DNA of 64,000 nt, taken from assembly GCF_009914755.1 (NCBI RefSeq), contig NC_060934.1; one strand, written 5' to 3'. The DNA comes from the human T2T-CHM13v2.0 reference genome, Homo sapiens. Shown here one piece after another: positions 37,906 to 57,982 of this stretch. Below the pieces are notes generated by a model, which did no database searches, was not told where the DNA came from, and saw only the letters and a list, made by a program, of their open reading frames with translations. The number at the start of each line of letters is the position of its first letter. Within the stretch, counting starts at the first letter, position 1. Both the position numbers and the translations under genes were made by a program.

Positions 37906-38734
37906 GTAGAAATGGTGGTCTCACCATGCTGTCCAGGCTGGTATCGAACTCCTGGGCTTCAGTAATCCTCCTGCCTTGGCCTCCAAAAGCTGTGGGATTA
38001 CAGTTGTGAGCCACTGTGCCCAGCCTGGGATGGTTTTTAAGTCCCATTTTTAAGTCCTGTTTTAAGTTTTTAAGTACTTGGTTGTTGCTTTGCAAGAAAA
38101 CCTGGATTGCAGACCTCCCTGCAGGGATGAATATGTGTCTGTCTCACCAACATCACACAGGCATTCTGCTGCTTTGTTCCCAGGCTTCTTGCGTGCACAC
38201 TAGCTTTTCAATTCAAAGCTGAATCACAGTCGAACTTTCTGAAGACATTTAAAATAGCACCTATACTCCACATGTGAAATAACCATGCCCAAATCTTAAT
38301 TGATGTGACAACGCTATGAACCGCTGTGGCTGAGTCTGTATGAGACCAGGCAGGACAGCCATGTCACAGTTGTGATTAGAAGACCCAGCTAAATTTCAGG
38401 TATATGAAAATGTGAAAAATCAAGATGTGTATCTTTATATTGATGAAATACTGCAATGCTCCTCCCTTAGGTTATAAGCATGTGTGGTTAAATCAAGACA
38501 GTGCATGCGAACACTGAGCCATGTTCAGGACACACTTGGCACTCAGTAAATGTTGTTGAGATGAATTTAGTGGAGGGATGGTGACATTGCTCTCCTGACA
38601 AACCCACTTGAGATAAAGCAGGAGAGAAGTCTTGTAGGCAAATCCCATGGAGAAAAGGCCCGGCTGCTGGGAGGCAGGTGTGTGGGAGTTGTGGGGAGGA
38701 GGTTTCTGGGTATTGTCTGTGGGATGGGACCTAG

Positions 38735-38914
<180 letters not shown>

Positions 38915-40188
38915 TGACACCACACCTGGCTAATTTTTGTATTTTTAGTGCAGACAGGGTTTCACCATGTTGGCCAGGCTGGTCTCGAACTCCTGACCTC
39001 AGATGATCTGCCTGCCTCGGCCTCCCAAAGTGTTGGGATTACAGGCTTTTTGTCTTTTAAGCTTTGCCAAGATAAATGCCTTCTGTTTGGAAAGGATGAT
39101 TTTCAAGAGGGCCAGAACCTCCTTCCTGGTTCTAAAGGAAGTTTGGGCCAGGGCCCCTTGAGCTTAGGGGAAGGCATGAGTGCAAAAGTGATGGGGGCAG
39201 GTGGTTTTCATAGCTGGATGATGTAGAATGCATTGTGGAAGGGTGGCTGCAAGTGGCTTTGCTTAGCATGGCCACCTGGAAGGAGGCTTAGGGTCTTCCA
39301 AGTGGCCAGGGCCTTGAGGGGATTAACCCAGCCTCTTGGTTCCAGTTATGTATGTGGTTCTTGAGTCAAATGGGCCAGGGTCTATATCCACGGTGACTCC
39401 AGCATCACGGCCAAGCCTGAGTCCTCCTCTGTCTGCAGAGGGATGACATAGTGGCCATGCCAGGGATTTCTGTCCCCACATCACACAGCTGATGTCATGA
39501 CCTAGAAGTGAACAGTAAGCCAGCTGATGAAGGGGTCTGTGGGGAACCTAGACTATGAAAAGAGGTAGGGCACTGGGTCTGCCACACATCCCCTGGGTCC
39601 CTTCATTCCCCTTGGCACAGGGAAGTTCCTCTCCTGGGGAGGAGAGGCTTGCACCCTGCCCCTGCTTCTGCCCGCTACTCTGCCCGGTTGTTACGGCCAC
39701 TTGGCTCAGCCTCCCTTGCAGCTGTGGACTCATGGGAAACTCAAAGTCTCAGGAGGATCCAGAAACCAAGACTCTTGGGACATGGAATTTGGCAATGCCC
39801 TGGTCAAAACCATCCAGAGGGAGAAATCTTTACAAAGATCTCCTAAGACTGCAAATGGCAAAATGTTTCCCAGTCTCCAGCATCCCTTTCCCAGCACTCA
39901 AGGGAAGACAAGAGGTGTTAGTGAGTATCTGATCCAGGGCTGCATCTCCTGTGAAATCTTGTGATTTATAAGATCCAGCAAAGGCTTTAGTCAGGCTAGG
40001 AAGAAATTCTGAAACAGGGGATTCCCTGCTGGAAAGCCTGTATGCCAGCACAATTAGGAAAGACTTCAGGAAGAACAAAGGAAGCCATGGTGCAAAGGTG
40101 TGGCCGACCCAAATATTTCAGCTTGAGGAGCCTTGGCTGCTGTTGGGAATGAGAAGCAATGGCGTTGGCTGCTCCAAGTCCACATGTA

Positions 40189-40192
<4 letters not shown>

Positions 40193-40243
<51 letters not shown>
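40193..40243. repeat. (TA)n microsatellite fused to poly(T)
   Basis: Directly visible. Confidence 0.95.
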
Positions 40244-40262
40244 ACTTGTTTTGCTTTTTTAA

Positions 40263-40460
<198 letters not shown>

Positions 40461-40462
40461 TA

Positions 40463-40561
<99 letters not shown>

Positions 40562-40906
40562 TTAACCTAAAGATACACAGAACTCAGGTACCTTCAGCAT
40601 GCTCTAATGGCCATCAGCCTATCCCTTCTCCCCTGTAATATTATGCTGAAGCAACATGCAGACATTATATGATTTCATCTGTAAATATTTTAATGTGTAT
40701 CTCTTAAAAAAGGGACTCTTTTCAAGAAACATAACCAGAACAGTGTTATTGTGTTCTGTTTAATAAGAAGCCTCAAGGTGGTTAACATCAGGCCTTGGAG
40801 TGATGAACAGTGTTCTCTAAGCTGGTCACTTCCTTTGCAGGGTTTATCCTTTGTGCTCAGTGCTGGTCAGTGGGTGGGACAGTCGGTCCTAGGCTGAGCA
40901 CAATAA

Positions 40907-41227
<321 letters not shown>

Positions 41228-42934
41228 TGAACTCCTGGCTTCCAGTGATCCTCCCACCTTGACCTCCTAGACTCAAGAGTTTCTAATCAGGAGACACTCA
41301 TGGAAGAACAGAGTAGGCCTCCTGGGGATGCTCTGGGACTGGAGCCTTGCCTCAGCCTCTTTATTTTAAACCTTGGTCTAAAGTCTCCTATGACCTCCCG
41401 GCTGAGTTCATATTACACAAGCCCCAAATCCCTTTGTAGCATTTAGAAAACTGTAACCACAGAATTCTGTGCCTAGCTGTATACCTACCGTCTTGCCCTT
41501 GAGAACTAAGTGCCTTGAAGGCAAGGGTCCTGTCTTGCTCAAATCTTACACCCAATACCTGCCACAGCTTGTAGCACATAGTAGGTGCTCAGATCAGCTT
41601 TGTGAAATGAAGCAGAGAAGTCAGGGCACCTGGGTTCATTCCCCAGATTTTTTTTTTTTTTTTTTGAGACTGAGTCTCGCTCTGTTGCCAAGGCTGGAGT
41701 GCAGTGGCATGATCTCTGCTCACTGCAAGCTCCACTTCCTGGGTTCACGCCATTCTCCTGCCTCAGCCTCCTGAGTAGCTGAGACTACAGGCACCTGCCA
41801 CCACTCCCAGCTAATTTTTTTTGTATTTTTAGTAGAGACGGGGTTTCACTGTGTTAGCCAGTGTGGTCTCGATCTCCTTACCTCGTGATCCACCTGTCTT
41901 GGCCTCCCAAAGTGCTGGGATTAAAGCATGAGCCACCACGCCTGGCCCATTCACCAGATATTTACTGAGCACCCAACCTGTGCCAGCCACTGTGCTAGAA
42001 TCAAGGAAGACAGCAGTTGTAGAAAAGGAGAGGAAAATCCTTATCTTCTCAGAGCTTACATTCTGCTGGAAGACAATGGATGGGCAAGGAGATGGATGAA
42101 TATATGCTATGGGACCAAGCCTTTGCTCCACCCTCACCTTGCTGGATGACCTGGGGTATTTCACTTCACCTCGGTGAGCCACAGTTTTCCATTTCTGTCA
42201 AATAAGGAAGTAGGGCAAGATGGTCTTCTTAGAATTGAAGACATTTCCAGAGGGTCTGCAGGGATTTCTCAAACATTGAATTGTCTTCCATCCAATGTCA
42301 ATGCTTTAAGCATACTGAGGACCCTGTTTGTTCCTTGGACATAATTAAGCCCAAGATTGTGTGGGCAGGAAACTCAATGCTCATGTTTCAGGAAAAGCAC
42401 TGGATCCAATGATTGCCAAGTCCAACCCCAGCTCAGATCAGCTAATCGGGGACCCCATGCTTCTGCATTATCTTCTTTCTGTTTGTAAAACAGGCACATC
42501 CTAGGTGCTTCAATATTGAGTTCCAGCTGAATCAGCCCTTCCAAGGTCACTGCCCAGGGTATGTATGGGGCATCCCTAGCCCTGGGCTGTGAACCCCTGT
42601 CTATCCTTGTTACTCTCAGCAGAACCTAAGGATCAATGGAAGATAAATGGCAGGGGTCAGAAATGTGGGGTTTGTGTGTGAGGAGGAGAGATGCCCAGGG
42701 GCTCCAGCATCACTTGGAGGACAAGAAATCGATGGAGATAAGTGGGGGGTCTTGTCTGGGCTGGTGCAGGAGCACTTCTTGTTTTCACAGACAGCCCTCA
42801 TTCCTGCACAGCCATGATCCTCATTCCTTAGCTGGGTATCCCAATGATAGAAAGAAAACATCACCAACAAGTTGGGTATTGGGGTTCTGAGGTCAGGTTG
42901 GACTTGCCTCCAATCTCAGCCCTACTGTGTGGAG

Positions 42935-43570
42935 CAGTGGAACCCTTATATGCTGCTGGTGGGCAACCAATTTACAGAGGCAAGTTTGGCAGTTTCTTGT
43001 ATAACTTACCCTTATCATGTGACCCAGCAACTCCATTCCTAGGGATCTAACCAAGAGTAATGAAAACATATTCTCACACAAAAACTTATACACACATTTT
43101 CATAACAAAATTATTCATAATAGCTCAAGACTGGAAACAACCCAAATGTGCACCAGCTGAAGAATGGATATGTAGATGTTTGTGGTCCATCCATGCAACA
43201 GAACTTTATTTGTCAATAGACAGGGATGAAGCCACAATGGACATTACAACATGGATGAACCTCAGAAGCATTACACTATGTGAAAGAAGCCAACCACAAA
43301 AGGCCACACTATATGATTTCACTTAGAGGGAATGTGCAGAAAAAGGCACATCTGTGGAGTCAGAAAGCAGATTGGTGGTTGCGTAGGGCTGGGGGTGGGA
43401 ATGGAAGATTGACTGCAAACAGGCAAGAGAAATGTTTTCAGGGTAATAGAAATATTCTAAAACTGGCTTGTGCTGTCGGTTGCCCAAATCTATAGATTTA
43501 CTGATCTAACTGTACATTTATTGTGAGTAAATTTTATGGTGTGTAAATTATGCCTCAGTAAAGCTGCTGA
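42935..43570 (+). mobile_element. Old L1M 3' end fragment
   Basis: gacccagcaactccattcctagg, ctggaaacaacccaaatgt, acaacatggatgaacctc, aaattatgcctcagtaaagctg. Confidence 0.75.
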
Positions 43571-44579
43571 AATATGCAAAATAAAACCCAAAACTCACCC
43601 CTTGATTCCTCCTGCTGTGCAGGCTGGGACAATCAACTCCAGTTCCCTGAGCCTCAGTTTATTTATGTGTAAGATGGGCATGTACTAATGGAACCTCTCA
43701 ATGAGCATGCCAGGAGGATTCATATAACAGAAAATACATGCAAAGACTTGCTGGGAACCCGGCACCTGCACAGGGCCCTCAATTATGTGGGCTGTTGGTG
43801 TCACTTCCATGGAACCAAAGAGACTATAGCCACAGAACTCCTCCTTGCTGACAGCTGGTGGGGCTGGTGTTGGCTTTGTTCACTGAGCATTTCCAGTGCT
43901 CGGCATTCACTGTGCACTGTAAACATTCTCTAAGCATCATGGACAAGTGAACAAAACAGAGCCCCTCTACAGGTGTCCAGCACCCTTTGGGGAATCAGAG
44001 GAGAAAACAGGTGTTTGCAACCCTGTGTGATGGGCACATGTGCTGTAGGAGCCCAGGGAGAAACAAACTGGCTAAAATGGGCACGTGAGGGGCTCCTCAG
44101 AGGCAGCTACACTTGTGTCCTTGCAGGAACCCTGCTGAGCCCGATTCTGGAACAGATCAGGACAGGAAGAGCTTTCAAAGAGTTTCTGTTTCAATATTCT
44201 TTTCATTGCTAGGAAACTGAGGCTGAGAAAGGGTTAGGAACTGGCTCAGGGTCTGTGGTGGGAGTGGGATTTGAATGCTGTCTGACCTTGAAACCTGTGT
44301 TAGTATGAATCCTCCCAGAAGCAGACACCAAGTTAGGATGAGATCAGCAGAGATTTATTGGGGATGCACGTGTGCAGGTTAAGAGAGGGGCCAGGAGTGA
44401 TCAGGGAGAGCCTTCAGACTGCCATGTGAGAGGGGAGAGGGGGAAGGAAGGAAGGTAGGGCAGGAGGAGTCCGAGACACAGCACAGCTCTAGGAACGTTT
44501 GGCCGGATCAGTTGGGAGTCTCTGGTGGACTATTGACTGTTAGAGGATTCCCTTGTCCTGCAGGAACAGGTGGCACTAG

Positions 44580-44777
<198 letters not shown>

Positions 44778-44926
44778 TAGAAGGTCTTGTTGTGTTACCC
44801 AGGCTGGACTCAAACTCCTGGACTCAAGCAATCCACCCTCCTCAGCATCCCAAAGTTCTGGGATTACAGATGTGAGCCACTGGGCCCGACCGGTTGGTTG
44901 TATTTCTATTGGATAGTGCTGGTCTA

Positions 44927-45105
44927 ATACAGGTTTTCTCAGCCGCAGCACTGTTGACATTTGGGGCTGAATCATTCTTTGTGTTGAGGGTGGTCTTGTA
45001 TATTCTACAGTGTTCAGGAGCCTCCCCGGCCTCCAGCTACTAGATGTCAGTAGCACCTAGTTAATCCTCAAGGCATGGCAACCTGAAGTTTCTCCAGACA
45101 TCGAC
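44927..45105. mobile_element. MER20-like hAT DNA transposon (a second copy at about 14630-14800)
   Basis: gcactgttgacatttggggctg...attctttgt...ctactagatgtcagtagcacc. Confidence 0.7.
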
Positions 45106-45710
45106 AGAATCATGTAGCCACAAGAGCCTGTGGCTTACCACATGCCAAGCACTGGTATTAAGGACAGGGTGTTAGGGATACAAACAGGGAACGAATAGTC
45201 CTGCCTATGTGGCACTTACTTTAGTGGGAAGTAGAGACAATGAATAAGTAAATATACATTGCCCCTGGCAACAAGTGTGGTGGTAAACAGTGAAACAGGA
45301 AAGGGGACCAGGAGCACAGGGTGGTATGTGCTAGCAGGCCTCCTGTTGTGTGTATTTCATCAGGGAGGCCTCACAGAGAAATTGAAGAGTGAGGAAACAA
45401 GCTGGATTCTGAGACCAGTGTTTGAAAAAGTGGCAGGGGCCAGTGCAAAGACCCAGTGGTGCACATCACTGAAAACAAGGAAGGAGATCTCTATGTAGTG
45501 ACATGAAAAGACTATTAATTAGGGAAGAATTTGGAAAGGGGGGGCCTTGAACTTAAACTAGGACAAATGATACACGTCTTTCTGGTGAGGTGGGTAAACC
45601 TTTTTAAAAATAGCTTTACTGAGGGCCAGGTGAAGTGGCTCACATCTGTAATCCCAGCACTTTGGGAAGCTGAGGTATTTGAATCACCTGAGGTCAGGAG
45701 TTAGAGACTA

Positions 45711-48660
<2,950 letters not shown>

Positions 48661-49087
48661 TGACATGGGTAAATTTTTAAATGTATTTCAGGATAGGCAA
48701 AGCCTCAGAGTGGGAGAAGGATATCAGTAAGTAAACCTAGGTGAACAGAAAGTGAACACTATGAAAGTGCAAGCATCAGAGAAATGTGCCATACATAAAT
48801 TTTTTTTACAATTTTTTCTACCAAAGGATATGAGATATCACTGAACTCACTACAATATAAGCATGTTTAAAGAAGCAGTTCTTTTTAAAGATGGTGGTTT
48901 TGTTAGTAATCTCCACTCCATAAGCATGATATTCCAGAGGCATCTGAAATCCAATATACTCAAAACTTATAATTTTTCCCACAAACCTCCTGCTTTCCTG
49001 TAGTCCCCATCTTGGTAAAGAGATGCCTTTCATGCCATCACTCAAAATGATCTGTCAATAATTTTGGATTTTCCCCCAACCCCATGA

Positions 49088-49276
<189 letters not shown>

Positions 49277-49809
49277 TAAAGGCACGCACCACCACGCCTG
49301 GCTAATTTTTGTATTTTTAGTACAGATGGGGTTTCACCATATTGGCCAGGCTGGTCTCGAACTCCTGACCTTGTGATCTGCCTGTCTCGGCCTCCCAAAG
49401 TGCTGGGATTACAGGTGTTAGCCACTGGGCCCAGCCTCTTAATATTGTTTATATCTGACACCCACTCCATCTACAATGATTAGGGCTTAATTTAGGGCTT
49501 CATTAGCTCTCAACTGAGCAATTTTCATGGCCTAGTTTTGATCCTCGATTCTTGCCTTTCACTCTTTCAACCCATCTGTCCATGAAGCCAGTTTTAATTT
49601 CAATTTTGAAAAAATGTTTATGAAAACTAGATTAGGGTATCATATTTTTACATTATTCAGCAATGATGTTTAAGCAAGCAGAGAAGTCACACAAAGTTCT
49701 AAAATAATTTTATGTTTGACTTTAGAATGCATTGCAATGAAACCTCAACAATGAAGGAACTAAATGAGGGAAATGAACTAAGTTAGTCTAAACATGAAAA
49801 GGTTCCTTT

Positions 49810-50695
49810 TTGAATAGATTTCATTTTTTGAGCAGCAGAACTGAGCAGAAATTACAGAGTTCCTATATGACCCTCACTCCCACAGCCTTCTCCTATCACA
49901 ACCTGCACCAGAGTGGTACATTTATTACAACTGATGAACCCCACAGTGACACATCATTTTCACACATAAATAGAAGTTTGTAATTTACATTAGGGTTCAC
50001 TCTTGACGGATTTGAACTAATGCATAATGACGTGTATTCACCATTACAGTACCACACAGAATACATACACTGTGCTACAAATCCTCTGTGCTTTGCCTAT
50101 TCATTCCTCTCTCCCCTCAGATCCTGGCAAACACTACACTTTTTACCATCTCCATACTTTTACCTTTTCCAGACATAATTCGGGATTTTATAGTATACGG
50201 CCTTTTCAGATTGGCTTCTTTCACTTAGTAACACACACTTAAGATTCTTCCATGTCTTTTCATGGGTTGATATAGCTCATTTCTTTTTGGTGCTGAATAA
50301 CAGTCCATTGTCTGGGTATAGTACAGAGTTTATTAATACATTCATCTACTGAAGGACATCTTGGTTGCTTCCAAGTTTTGGCAATTGTGAAAAAAGCTTC
50401 CATACACATCTGTATGCAGGTTTTTGTGTGAACATGTTTTCTACTCACTTGGGCAAATTCCAAGGAGCATAATTGCTGGATCATACAGTAAGAATATGTA
50501 AGAAGTTGCCAAACAATCCTCCAAAGTACCATTTTGTATTCCCACTGGCAGTGAATGAGAGTTCCTGTTGCTCCCCATCTTCCCCAGCTTTGGTGTTGTC
50601 AGTGTTTTGGATTTCAGCCATTGTAACAGTCATGTAATAGTACGTCACTGCTGTTTTAATTTGTATTTCCCTAATGACACATAATGTGGAGCACA
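49810..50695 (-). mobile_element. Old L1M 3' fragment
   Basis: acattagggttcactctt, ttggttgcttccaagttttggcaatt, gaatgagagttcctgttgctcc. Confidence 0.75.
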
Positions 50696-50793
50696 GTTAT
50701 CTTTTGAAAATGTAGAACTGATCATGTTATTTCTTGCCTCAAGGTCCTATAATGACTTCTCCCTGTCTATAGAATATAATTCAGACTCCTTAG

Positions 50794-51312
<519 letters not shown>

Positions 51313-51614
51313 TAACCAGAATAGTATCAAATTCCTGACCTCGTGATCTGCCCACCTTGGCCTCCCAAAGTGCTGGGATTACAGGCATGAGCCACTGTGT
51401 CCAGCCCCTAACAATTTCATTTTTAACTAAACTGAAGGGAGCACATCTGATCTCTACCACCTAGCACAGTCTTTTGCACATATTGGTACTCATTAAAGCT
51501 TTGTTCAAGGAAAGAATAGATATTTTAGTCTTTCAATTGATCCTCAGAACAAACCTGTGCTATAGGTAAGGTATTCTCCAAGTTTTAGACATTAATAAAT
51601 ATTTGGTTATCCTC

Positions 51615-52330
<716 letters not shown>

Positions 52331-54345
52331 GCTCCAAAAGTTTGTTTAGAGGGATGTTGGCTTCTCACAGGAATCCCATTCTGATTCACTCCAAATGAAG
52401 TCCATCAATGTTTATCCAACTCATAACATACATGCACATACAGGAATCTGCTATGAGTTTTTATAATATTAATAGGAAAGATAATTAATTTGGGAATCTG
52501 AATTGCATTGTTCAAACTTCTAGTGATCCTAAAGGGAGGGCATTACAGAAAGGAAAGTTGTTTCTTGTAGCATAGCTCTTTTGAGTGTTGTTGCACCACA
52601 TTTCAAAATGATGGGTATTAGAGTAATACAAGGTACCAGGCTAATAATACTGCTGGTGATAGTGGTAAAGGGTCATTGCTCTTAAATAAAAGCTAAATTT
52701 AAAAGCTGCATTGCTTATATATGACTTTGTATGGAGCTCTCTAAACTTAACCCCCTTTCTTTCACTCATTCAAACAACTGCTTTTATAATTTTGGATAAC
52801 ATGAATTCTTAAAAACATACTTATGCTATATCAAATAAGACTGTCCTATAGGGTCACCAGTGTGTGTATCCCCGAAGCCAACAGTACTCCTACCTACATA
52901 GTTGCGGCTCTAGCAACAGAAGTCAGGTGTCAGGACTGCAAAATGCACATGACAGAAATAAAGACATGAGTGACTATGACTGCCAAAGGAATCTGGATTG
53001 TTTCCTTCACCACAGTGTTCTTCCATAGTGAGACCCTGAAAATAATAGGCTGGGGGAGGGTAGAAGATAACAAACAGATTTGCAAGTCCTTCACCTATAA
53101 TGAGAATGGATAATTCAATTATATGCCAGAAGAAAAAGCACAACCCCGTTCAGTATTAATTGTGCTGGAACTTCCACCATAAGTCTGGGTCCAGTCAATG
53201 GGGTAATTTCCAATATCCCAAAAGAACTAAGATTGATAACCAAAAGGAAAATGTTTCCCTCTAGAAGATAGTTATGCTTCTCCTCAGGAGTAGAAATCAC
53301 TGTAGCAGAGGACAAAATGAGGCCATGAAATCTGGTTAAGCCAGACTGGATGCCTAGAGGGTAGCTGAGGAACAAATGGAAGCTGCAGCAGGACAAAGAC
53401 CCAGCCAGTACTAAAAGCTGGGTCCATGAACAGCTTCTTGAAATGGTGTGTGGTCGTGCTTAGCTGAGCATGCTGTGGGACTCATGATGTTGGAAAATGA
53501 GGGGGCAATGAAGACTTAAAGATGGGATGGAAAAACAGCTAAAAAAAACAAAACAGAAGGGGAACAAGAAACAAAACAGAAAAAAAGCTGGCCACGGTAG
53601 CTCATGCCTGTAATCCCAGCAATTCAGGAGGCCAAGGTGGGAGAATCACTTGAGGTAAGAAGGTTGAGACCAGCCTGGGCAACATAGCAAGATCCTTGTC
53701 TCTACAAAATTAAAAAAAAAATTAGCTGGGCATGATGGCACACATCTGTAGTCCCAGCCATTCAGGAGGCTAAGGTGGGAGGATCACTGGAGTCCTGGAG
53801 CTCAAAGGTGCAGCAAGGTATGATTATGCCACCGCACCCCAGCCTGGGCAACACAACCAGACCTTGTCTCAGAAAAAAAACAAAAAAAAATGGGGGCAGG
53901 TAGAGAAAAAAGTATTTCCAGAATTTTTTACAATTAAAACATATATCTAGCTATTAAAAGTAATGACAGCAAAAAGATTTCCAAATCAATTCCCAAAGCA
54001 TTTCTCTCATCTCTTCTGAAAACGTCTGAAAAGACAACTATAAAGATGAAATAGAAGTTAAAGCTAAACAAGGCAATAGCGCTAAATATGTAATTTCAGT
54101 AACTCAGAATTTGCTCCATCCTCTGCTCTAAAAAAGCTTAGCTACAGAAGAGCAGTTACCTTTGAAACTTTTTCCCCAACATAAAGATATCCAGAATGTG
54201 AAGCTGCCATTAAAAATATTGCCATAGGCTGGGCGCAGTGTCTCATGCCTGTAAACCCAGCACTTTGGGAGGCTGAGGCATGTGGATCACAAGGTCAGGA
54301 GATTGAGACCATCCTGGCTAACACGGTGAAACCCCATCTCTACTA

Positions 54346-54543
<198 letters not shown>

Positions 54544-55769
54544 TTAGATTATAAAACATGGGAAGTAAAATAAAACTTATATTTGTTAAACTAAGTTGTA
54601 TTTAAACTAAGTATTAAACTTAGTGCATCAGTCTTGAAGAAAGCTCATGCCTAAGACTTTCCTTTGAACTCAAATCTAGACAGCTGGGCTCTCTGACCTC
54701 ACAGAGCTTCCCATGATTTCTTCCTCCAACATCTGCCATGATATCTCTTCCTACTGTGGTTCTGCACTATATTACGACAAGCGACTTGTTTATTTCAAGG
54801 GATCAACATTAATTACAGAGGCTATAAGGAAGCCGAATGTAAAAATACCAAGAACTCAAAAACTTCCAACTCCAGAGAAGAATGACATTTTAATTCTAAA
54901 AATCCTAAAGCAGATTGAAAAAAAAAGTGTAAAAACTCATGCAACACACATGTGAACAAGACACAATGAAAAACTGCTAGTAATCCTTTTACCACAAGTC
55001 TGAATGTGGCCTTTAGAAAGCATTTAGGGAAATTCTACTCGACTGTGCTCACACCCCTTCAAATCAAAGAACTCCCAAGCACTTGCATAAGTGCTGTATC
55101 TCTGGAGTCTAGAGTCTTACAAATCAAAGTGGAGTCCACAAGCCAGCAGCAGATTATGCAGAATTTCAGGCCCCGCCCCTATTTTCTGAGTCAGAACCTG
55201 CATTTCACAGGGTGCCCAGGTGATTTCCTAAACATGAAGGTTTGAGAAGTGCTCCTCAATGTTTAGCAGTGACTAAATGCTGAAATCCACTAGAGAGCAT
55301 CACAAAACTCCAATGACGAGGCTGTACCCCAACCAGATTAATTCAGAATCTCTGGAGCTGGGATCCACTGTCAGCACTCATTAGGTCTTTTCTTTTTATT
55401 TTTTTTCCTTTTTTGAGACAGAGTCTCGCTCTGTGGCCCTGGCTGCAGTGCAGTGGCACGATCTTGGCTCACTGCAACCTCTGCCTCCCAGGTTCCAGTG
55501 ATTCTCCTGCTTCAGCCTCCTGAGTAGCTGGGATTACAGGCAGGCACCACCACGCCCAGATAATTTCTGTATTTTTTAGTAGAGACGGAGTTTCGCCATG
55601 TTGGCCAGCCTGGTCTCAAACTCCTAATCTCAGGTGATCTGCCCACCTCCTTGGCCTCCCAGAGTGCTGGGATTACAGGCGTGAGCCACTGTGCCCGGCC
55701 TGTCAGCACTCTTTTAAGTTCCCCATGGATCCCAGTGAGCAGCCGAAGTTGACAGCCTTTGTTCTAGGA

Positions 55770-56004
55770 CAAGCTTGTCCAACCCGTGGCCCATGGGCCA
55801 CACACAGCCCAGTATGGCTTTGAATGCGGCCCACCACAAATCTGTAAACTTTCTTAAAACATTATGGGATTTATGCATGAACCATTTTTTTTTTTTTTTT
55901 TAGTTCATCAGCTATTGTTAGTATTAGTGCATTTTATGTGTGACCCAAGACAATTCTTCTTCTTCCAGTGTGGGCCAGGGAAGCCAAAAGACTGGACGCC
56001 CCTG
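55770..56004. mobile_element. MER30 hAT-Charlie DNA transposon
   Basis: Termini caagcttgtccaacc and actggacgcccctg; 8-bp TSD ttctagga (55762) / ttctagaa (56005). Confidence 0.8.
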
Positions 56005-56328
56005 TTCTAGAACCTTGGCTATCTTTCCTCTGCATATCTTTTTGCTCCAAGCTTTAGGTAATGTTTTTATTTTCCCTGAACCACTATAATACTCTAGTAG
56101 GAGCAACTACACTGATGTCTGGCTGTTGCTACAGGGGGAACAATCACTGACAATGTTTAAAACAAAAAAACTGGATAATCCATCATAAATTCATATGTTC
56201 GAGTAGAAAACACAAATTATATATGCTTGGGAATTCCTTGATGTGGAAATGTGAGCACAGCTGGGTGGGAATTCCTTAAATGCTTTCTAAAGGCCAGAGT
56301 CAGACTTTTGTAGTAAAAGGATTGCTAG

Positions 56329-56502
<174 letters not shown>

Positions 56503-57084
56503 TAGTTGGGATTACAGGCATGCGCCACCACAACCTGCTAATTTTTTTGTATTTTTAATAGAGACAAGGTTTCTCCATGTCAGGCTGGTTCCGAACTCCC
56601 AACCTCAAGTGATCTGCCTGCCTCAGACTCTCAAAGTGCTGGGATTACAGACGTGAGCCTCCACGCCCAGCCGCATAAGCTTTTAATACATTTTTTTTGC
56701 AATCTGCTTCGGAATTTTTAAATTGCTTTCAGTAAGAACATGAACATATCTATGACTTATATATCCACTTCACCCGCTCCTAACTTGCCTACAATGTTAA
56801 AAAAAAGAGGAATTATTATAACACAGGAAGATGTTTAACACTGAGGATTTTTTATGTCATCATATTTAAAGTCTTTTTCTGCACAGCTAAATCTGATTCC
56901 CTGCTACTAAATCTGATTGAGTTAGCAACTAAACTAACTGATTTGGTAGTATCTATCCAGATCACAAACAGAAATATTGTTAAGACTCCCTCAAAAAGGA
57001 GTTTAACCTCAATATGTAACTCCTCCTAACTATAGTTCTAAATTAATGAAACACAGTAGTCATTTAACAAGATACTAGTATATA

Positions 57085-57590
57085 TGGCCATTGGGGTATA
57101 CGGGACATGCTACCTCAAAATATGACACCTTGGCATTTGAGAAAACAGAAGCAGAAAGATGTCTCTGACCTCTCCCTGGCCCTTCTCCTCTGAAGGAGGA
57201 CATAGAAGAATCCTCTAACCCTCTCTGGAGTAGGTCATAAGACCTTCATTCCAGTCCTCCCTATTCCCAGAGGAAAGGAGCCTCCTTATTGGTAAAGATG
57301 CAGAGAATGATCTGACCACACAGGCCTTGCTGAGCTCCCCCCAGCTTATTCCCATCAGGTCACACCCCTTTCATCTAATCGTGCTCCCCAAAACTGTCCG
57401 CTTCTTCATCAGACAGCATCAAATTGACACAGGATTTCCTGTTTCTCTTGAGTTTTTCTTTCTGAAGGCTCCTGTGTCTGGTAAAACTTATCTTACGTAA
57501 ACTTGCACACTTTTCTCTGGTTAATCTGTCATTTGTTCTAAGGGACTCGACCATGAACCTAGCGATGGCTGAGAAATCATTTCCCCCCTA
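57085..57590 (+). mobile_element. ERV1-type solo LTR (MER4-group-like)
   Basis: gctacctcaaaatatgacaccttggcatt ... ttctgaaggctcctgtgtc ... ttttctctggttaatctgtc ... ccatgaacctagcgatgg. Confidence 0.6.
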
Positions 57591-57850
57591 GCTGGCCTAA
57601 CTCATTTGAAGGAGCATACACTATCGTGTGGGAGTCATACTTATTCCTAACCATTTTGAAGAGATTCATCTTTAAATTAATATATTACATTAAATGTCTT
57701 CCGTCAGAAAAGACAATCTTGTGAACATCACCTTTGGTGACTGAACATCACGAGATATAAAACAGGTAGAAAAAGAAAATATTTGGGGTGGCTTTAACTC
57801 TTAAATCCCATGAAATAATCCCCTCTTCTTTAGCAGAAACCTCAGCTCAC

Positions 57851-57982
57851 CTCCTCATCACTGCTGAACAACAGGGCAGATGCTTTCTTTTTGGAGAGCT
57901 CGGAGGCTTTTGCTTTCTCTTCTCTCTGAGCTTGTAGACACAATGTCTGCCTCTTAGCAGCTGTACGCCCAAAAAGATTATC
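57851..57982 (-). pseudogene. FAM21EP: WASHC2/FAM21 duplicated exon, 132 nt ([44 protein letters not shown])
   Basis: Minus-strand ttttctag acceptor and gtgagc donor; phase 0-0; 44 open codons with FAM21 LF-acidic motifs. Confidence 0.85.
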